Source of the DNA: the human T2T-CHM13v2.0 reference genome, Homo sapiens
DNA: 64,000 bases
Reading direction: 5' to 3' (one strand)
Assembly: GCF_009914755.1 (NCBI RefSeq)
Contig: NC_060941.1
A program made the translations under genes and the position numbers. The notes beneath the pieces are model-generated. The model worked only from the letters and a program-made list of their open reading frames with translations. It was not told where the DNA came from and made no database searches. Shown here piece after piece: positions 60,365 to 64,000 of the stretch. Numbering within the stretch: the stretch's first letter is position 1; each line of letters starts with the position of its first letter.

Positions 60365-63300
60365 GAGTCTAATGTCAGCAAGATGGCAGACTAGGACTTT
60401 CAAGCCCTCGTCCCTCCACAGAAAAATCAATTTGAACATAAACATGCACAAAAATACCTTCATAAGAGCTAAGTAAACAAGGTGAAATATTACAGCACGA
60501 AATAGGAAAAGACATAACGCAGAATGTAGAAAGGACAGTTTTACTCAGAAGTCCGAGGCTGCAGGTTTTAAAATACTCACATCACCCCTCCCCCAACTCC
60601 AGACAGTAAAGCGTGGAGAGACCCTCCACTTGGGAGGAGGGAAGAAAGGTGAGCACTAGACTTTACCTCAGACCTCAATACCAGGTCAGTCCCAGTAAAA
60701 CGTAGGATCAGGCAGGACTCCTCAGCCCTAGACTCCCAGCCAGTACCCCAGGACTGACCCTGCAAATCCACCCTGGTACAAGGAAAAATCTCACAGCCCC
60801 AGGCTCCAGACTGGCCCAGTAGATTTAGTCCCTGGGTCCACCTCACCCCACCCCATGCTGATACCAGCAGCCACAGCATCCAAACTAACCCTAGTGCTGG
60901 ACTGACCCCAGCAGCCTAAACTTCAGCTCCACCCCAGAGCCAGACCAGCCCCTACAGACTAAGGTTCCTGGCTAGCCTCTGTAGCCCCAGGCTCCAGGTC
61001 AGCTCCCAAGACCCAAGACTCCAGGCCAGTACCCACAGACTGAGCCTCTAGGCCTAATTTGGCACAATGCAAGATCCCACAGCCCCAGGTTCCAAAGCCA
61101 GCCCAGCAGACTCAGTCTCTGGACTCACCACATTGCCAGGCGGGCCCAGTGACCTTGGGCTCCAGACTATTCACAGCACGAGGCTGGCCCCGACAACTTC
61201 AGGTTTCAGGCCTACCCAGGAACCAGGCCAGCCTCCAGAATCCCTAGTCATCAGGCCAGCACTCACAGACTCAGCCTCCATGCTGGCCCATGTGAATATA
61301 GGCTCCAGACATACCCAATGTCAGGCCAGCCCATCTGGCCCCAGGCTCCAAGCATAACGCAGGATTCAGAGCCAGGTCAGCCAACACAACCCCATGCTTT
61401 AGACCCACCCAACCTCCCAGTCAACACCTCTGGCCCAGACTCCAGGTCGGCCACTGGGGCCCCAATCTCCATATTAACCCCTGTGGTCCCATACACCAGG
61501 AGACTCAGGGTCTAGACCTGACTAACAGACCCAGGGTCCAGGCTCATCCCAATAAACTGTGGTGCCAAGCCAGCCCTCAGAAAATAAGATTCCAGGTCCA
61601 TCCCTACAGAATCATGACCCAGGCCCACCCCTGCACACTCAGGCCCCTGGCCTGTCCCAGTGGACCAAAGAACCAGGTCCATCCCAGAACCTGTCTGGCC
61701 CCTGCAGATTCAGGCTTAAACCCACCCTAGAACCAGGTCAGCCCTTGCAGACCTAGGCTTCAGGCTAGCCCTGGTGGATACATATTTCAGGCTTACCATG
61801 CAGACCCAAACTCCAAGCTCACTCCCATGGACCAAAGCAACACATCTACCCAGTGGATCCAGGCTCCAAGCTCAAACATGAGGACCAAGATACCAGGCCC
61901 ACCCACTTTCTGACCCTGCCTGGGGACTGTAGGAGAGAGTCCACCAATAGGCCAAACAGCCTGCCCAGAATCTCTGGATAGGCTCAATGATGACTGGCTT
62001 TCTCAAATGAAGCCAGTCTACAAAGACTATAATAATTTCCTACTTCTTCAAATGTGCAGACACCAACATAAAGCAACAAGCAACATAAAAAACCAAGGAG
62101 ACATAACCCCAGCAAAAGAAAATAATCTCCCAATAGCTGACCCCAAAGAAATGAAAATATATAAACTGCCTGACAAATAATTCACACTAATTGTTTTAAG
62201 GAAGCTTAGTGAGCTTCAAGAAAATACAGAGAAATAATTTATTGAAATCAGAAAAACAGTAAGTGTATAAAATGAGAAATTTAACAGAGAAATTTTTTAA
62301 AAAATCAAATTCTGGAGCTGCAAAATATAACGAATGAAAAGAAAAATATAACAGCATTCACAACTGAATTGATCAAGCAAAAGAAAAAATTCAGTAAACT
62401 CAAATATACAGGTTATTAGAAAATATGCAGTCAGAGAAGAAAAAGGAAAAAGACTGGAAAGGAATGACGAAAGTTTACAGGACGTATGGGACAGGATCAA
62501 AAGAGAAAATATTCAAGTTATAGGAGCTAAAGAAGAAAAAGAGAGACAAAGGTGTAGAAAGTTTATTTAAACAAATAATAGCTAAAAACTTTCCAAATTG
62601 AGGGAAAGATATATATATCCTGGTACAAAAAGGTCAAAAGTCTCCAATCTGATTTAATTCAAGCAAGACTATACCAAGCCATGTTATAATCAAACTGTCA
62701 AATATAAAGAACAAATGGAAGATTCTGAAAATATCAAGAGAAAAGCAAATTATATACAAGAGACTTCCAATAAGACTAGCAGCGGATTTCATGGAGGAAA
62801 TCTTACAGTCCAGAAAAGAGTAGGATGATATATTCCAAGTACTGAAAGACAATAACTGCCAACCAAGAATATTGTGAGTGGCAAAGCAGTCTTTCAGAAA
62901 TAAAGAAAAGTTAAAAATGTACCAAGACACAAAAAAGCCTTAGGGAGTTCATGACCACTAGACTTGTCTTACAAAAATGCTCAAGTGAAATCTTGATGCT
63001 CAAAGAAGAAGACACTAATGAATAACAAAAAATACATATATAAGGATAAAACTCACCAGTAAAAGTAAGGAAACAATCAAACACAGAATAGTCTAATAAT
63101 ATAATGTTGTGGAAATGACTTATATCTTTAGTATGAAGATATTATATTATTTAAATATAATAGCCACAATAATTTCTTTCTATACAATATAAAAAGATGT
63201 AAATTGTGTCATCAAAAAATGAAACAGAGTAAAATGTAGTTTTTATATGTGATAAATCAAGGTTATTATCAGTTTAAAATAGCCTGTCATGAAAATAAGA

Positions 63301-64000
63301 TGTTTTATGTAAGCCTCGTAGTAATCACAAAGCAAAAACCTACAATAGTTGCACGAAACATAAAAAGAAAGGATTCAAAGCATACCACTACAGAAATTCA
63401 TCAAATCACAAAGAAAGATAACAAGACGGAAAGGAACAAATGTTCTATAAAACAACCAGAAAACAAATTACAAAACAGAAGTAGCAAGTCTTTACTTATG
63501 AATACTTATGTTGAATACAAATGGATTAAATTCTCTAATCAAAAGACAGAATAACTGAATGGATTAAAACAAAATTCAACTATATGCTTCCTATAAGAAA
63601 TTCATTTCATGTTTAAGAACCTACATAGACTGAAAGTGAAGGAAGAGGAAAAGATATCTCATGCAAACGGAAATGGAAAGAGCGAGGGTAGAAATACATC
63701 AGATAACACTGACTTAAAATCAAAATTATAAAATGAGATACAGGTCATTATACAGTGACAAAGGGCTCAAGTCATCAAAAGGATATACCAATTATAAATA
63801 TATATGCCCCCAAAGTAACATCACCTAAATATATAAAGCAAATATTCATAGATATAAAAGGAGAGAAGGAGTGTAATACAATAATAGTAGGGGACTTTAA
63901 GACCACAATTTCAGCAACGGACGGGTTACCCAGAAAGAAAATTAATAAGGAAACATCAGATTTGGTCTATTCTTTAGTGCAAATAAACCTAAAAGAGATA
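60365..64000 (+). mobile_element. Ancient L1M element: GC-rich 5'UTR, ORF1 relic, ORF2 endonuclease relic running off the window
   Basis: Start caagatggcagactagg; ORF1-like aactgccaaccaagaatatt; EN-like acaataatagtaggggactttaa (IIVGDF). Confidence 0.85.

Overview
Primate genomic DNA (human or a close hominoid; about 30 Alu elements and many L1s, AT-rich, CpG-depleted). The whole window lies inside CEP112 (CCDC46, centrosomal coiled-coil protein), transcribed on the minus strand. Eight coding exons were resolved to the base with GT-AG boundaries and consistent phases: 42833-42747, 39721-39622, 35928-35810, 26730-26587, 2875-2721, 2103-1974, 1256-1164 and 414-355. They splice into one open 888-nt / 296-codon stretch (LDMKTKMMEAKF...SHLKHIYEKK). 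The rest is intron filled with Alu, L1 (L1PA/L1PB/L1M), L2, MIR, MaLR LTRs (THE1, MLT1) and DNA-transposon relics (MER2, MER6, MER8, MER47, Charlie). Almost all ORF-track entries are repeat-derived noise. I see no new multi-gene system. The most interesting signals are: (i) two candidate unannotated CEP112 exons, an in-frame internal first exon MLWSQE and a stop-at-first-codon terminal exon; (ii) an exon block bracketed by inverted Alus that would form a stop-free circular ORF; (iii) several templated-insertion or fold-back repair scars; (iv) an L1PB-type element with an internal inversion plus deletions that retrotransposition alone does not explain. Repeat subfamily names come from remembered consensus sequences, and repeat boundaries are approximate.
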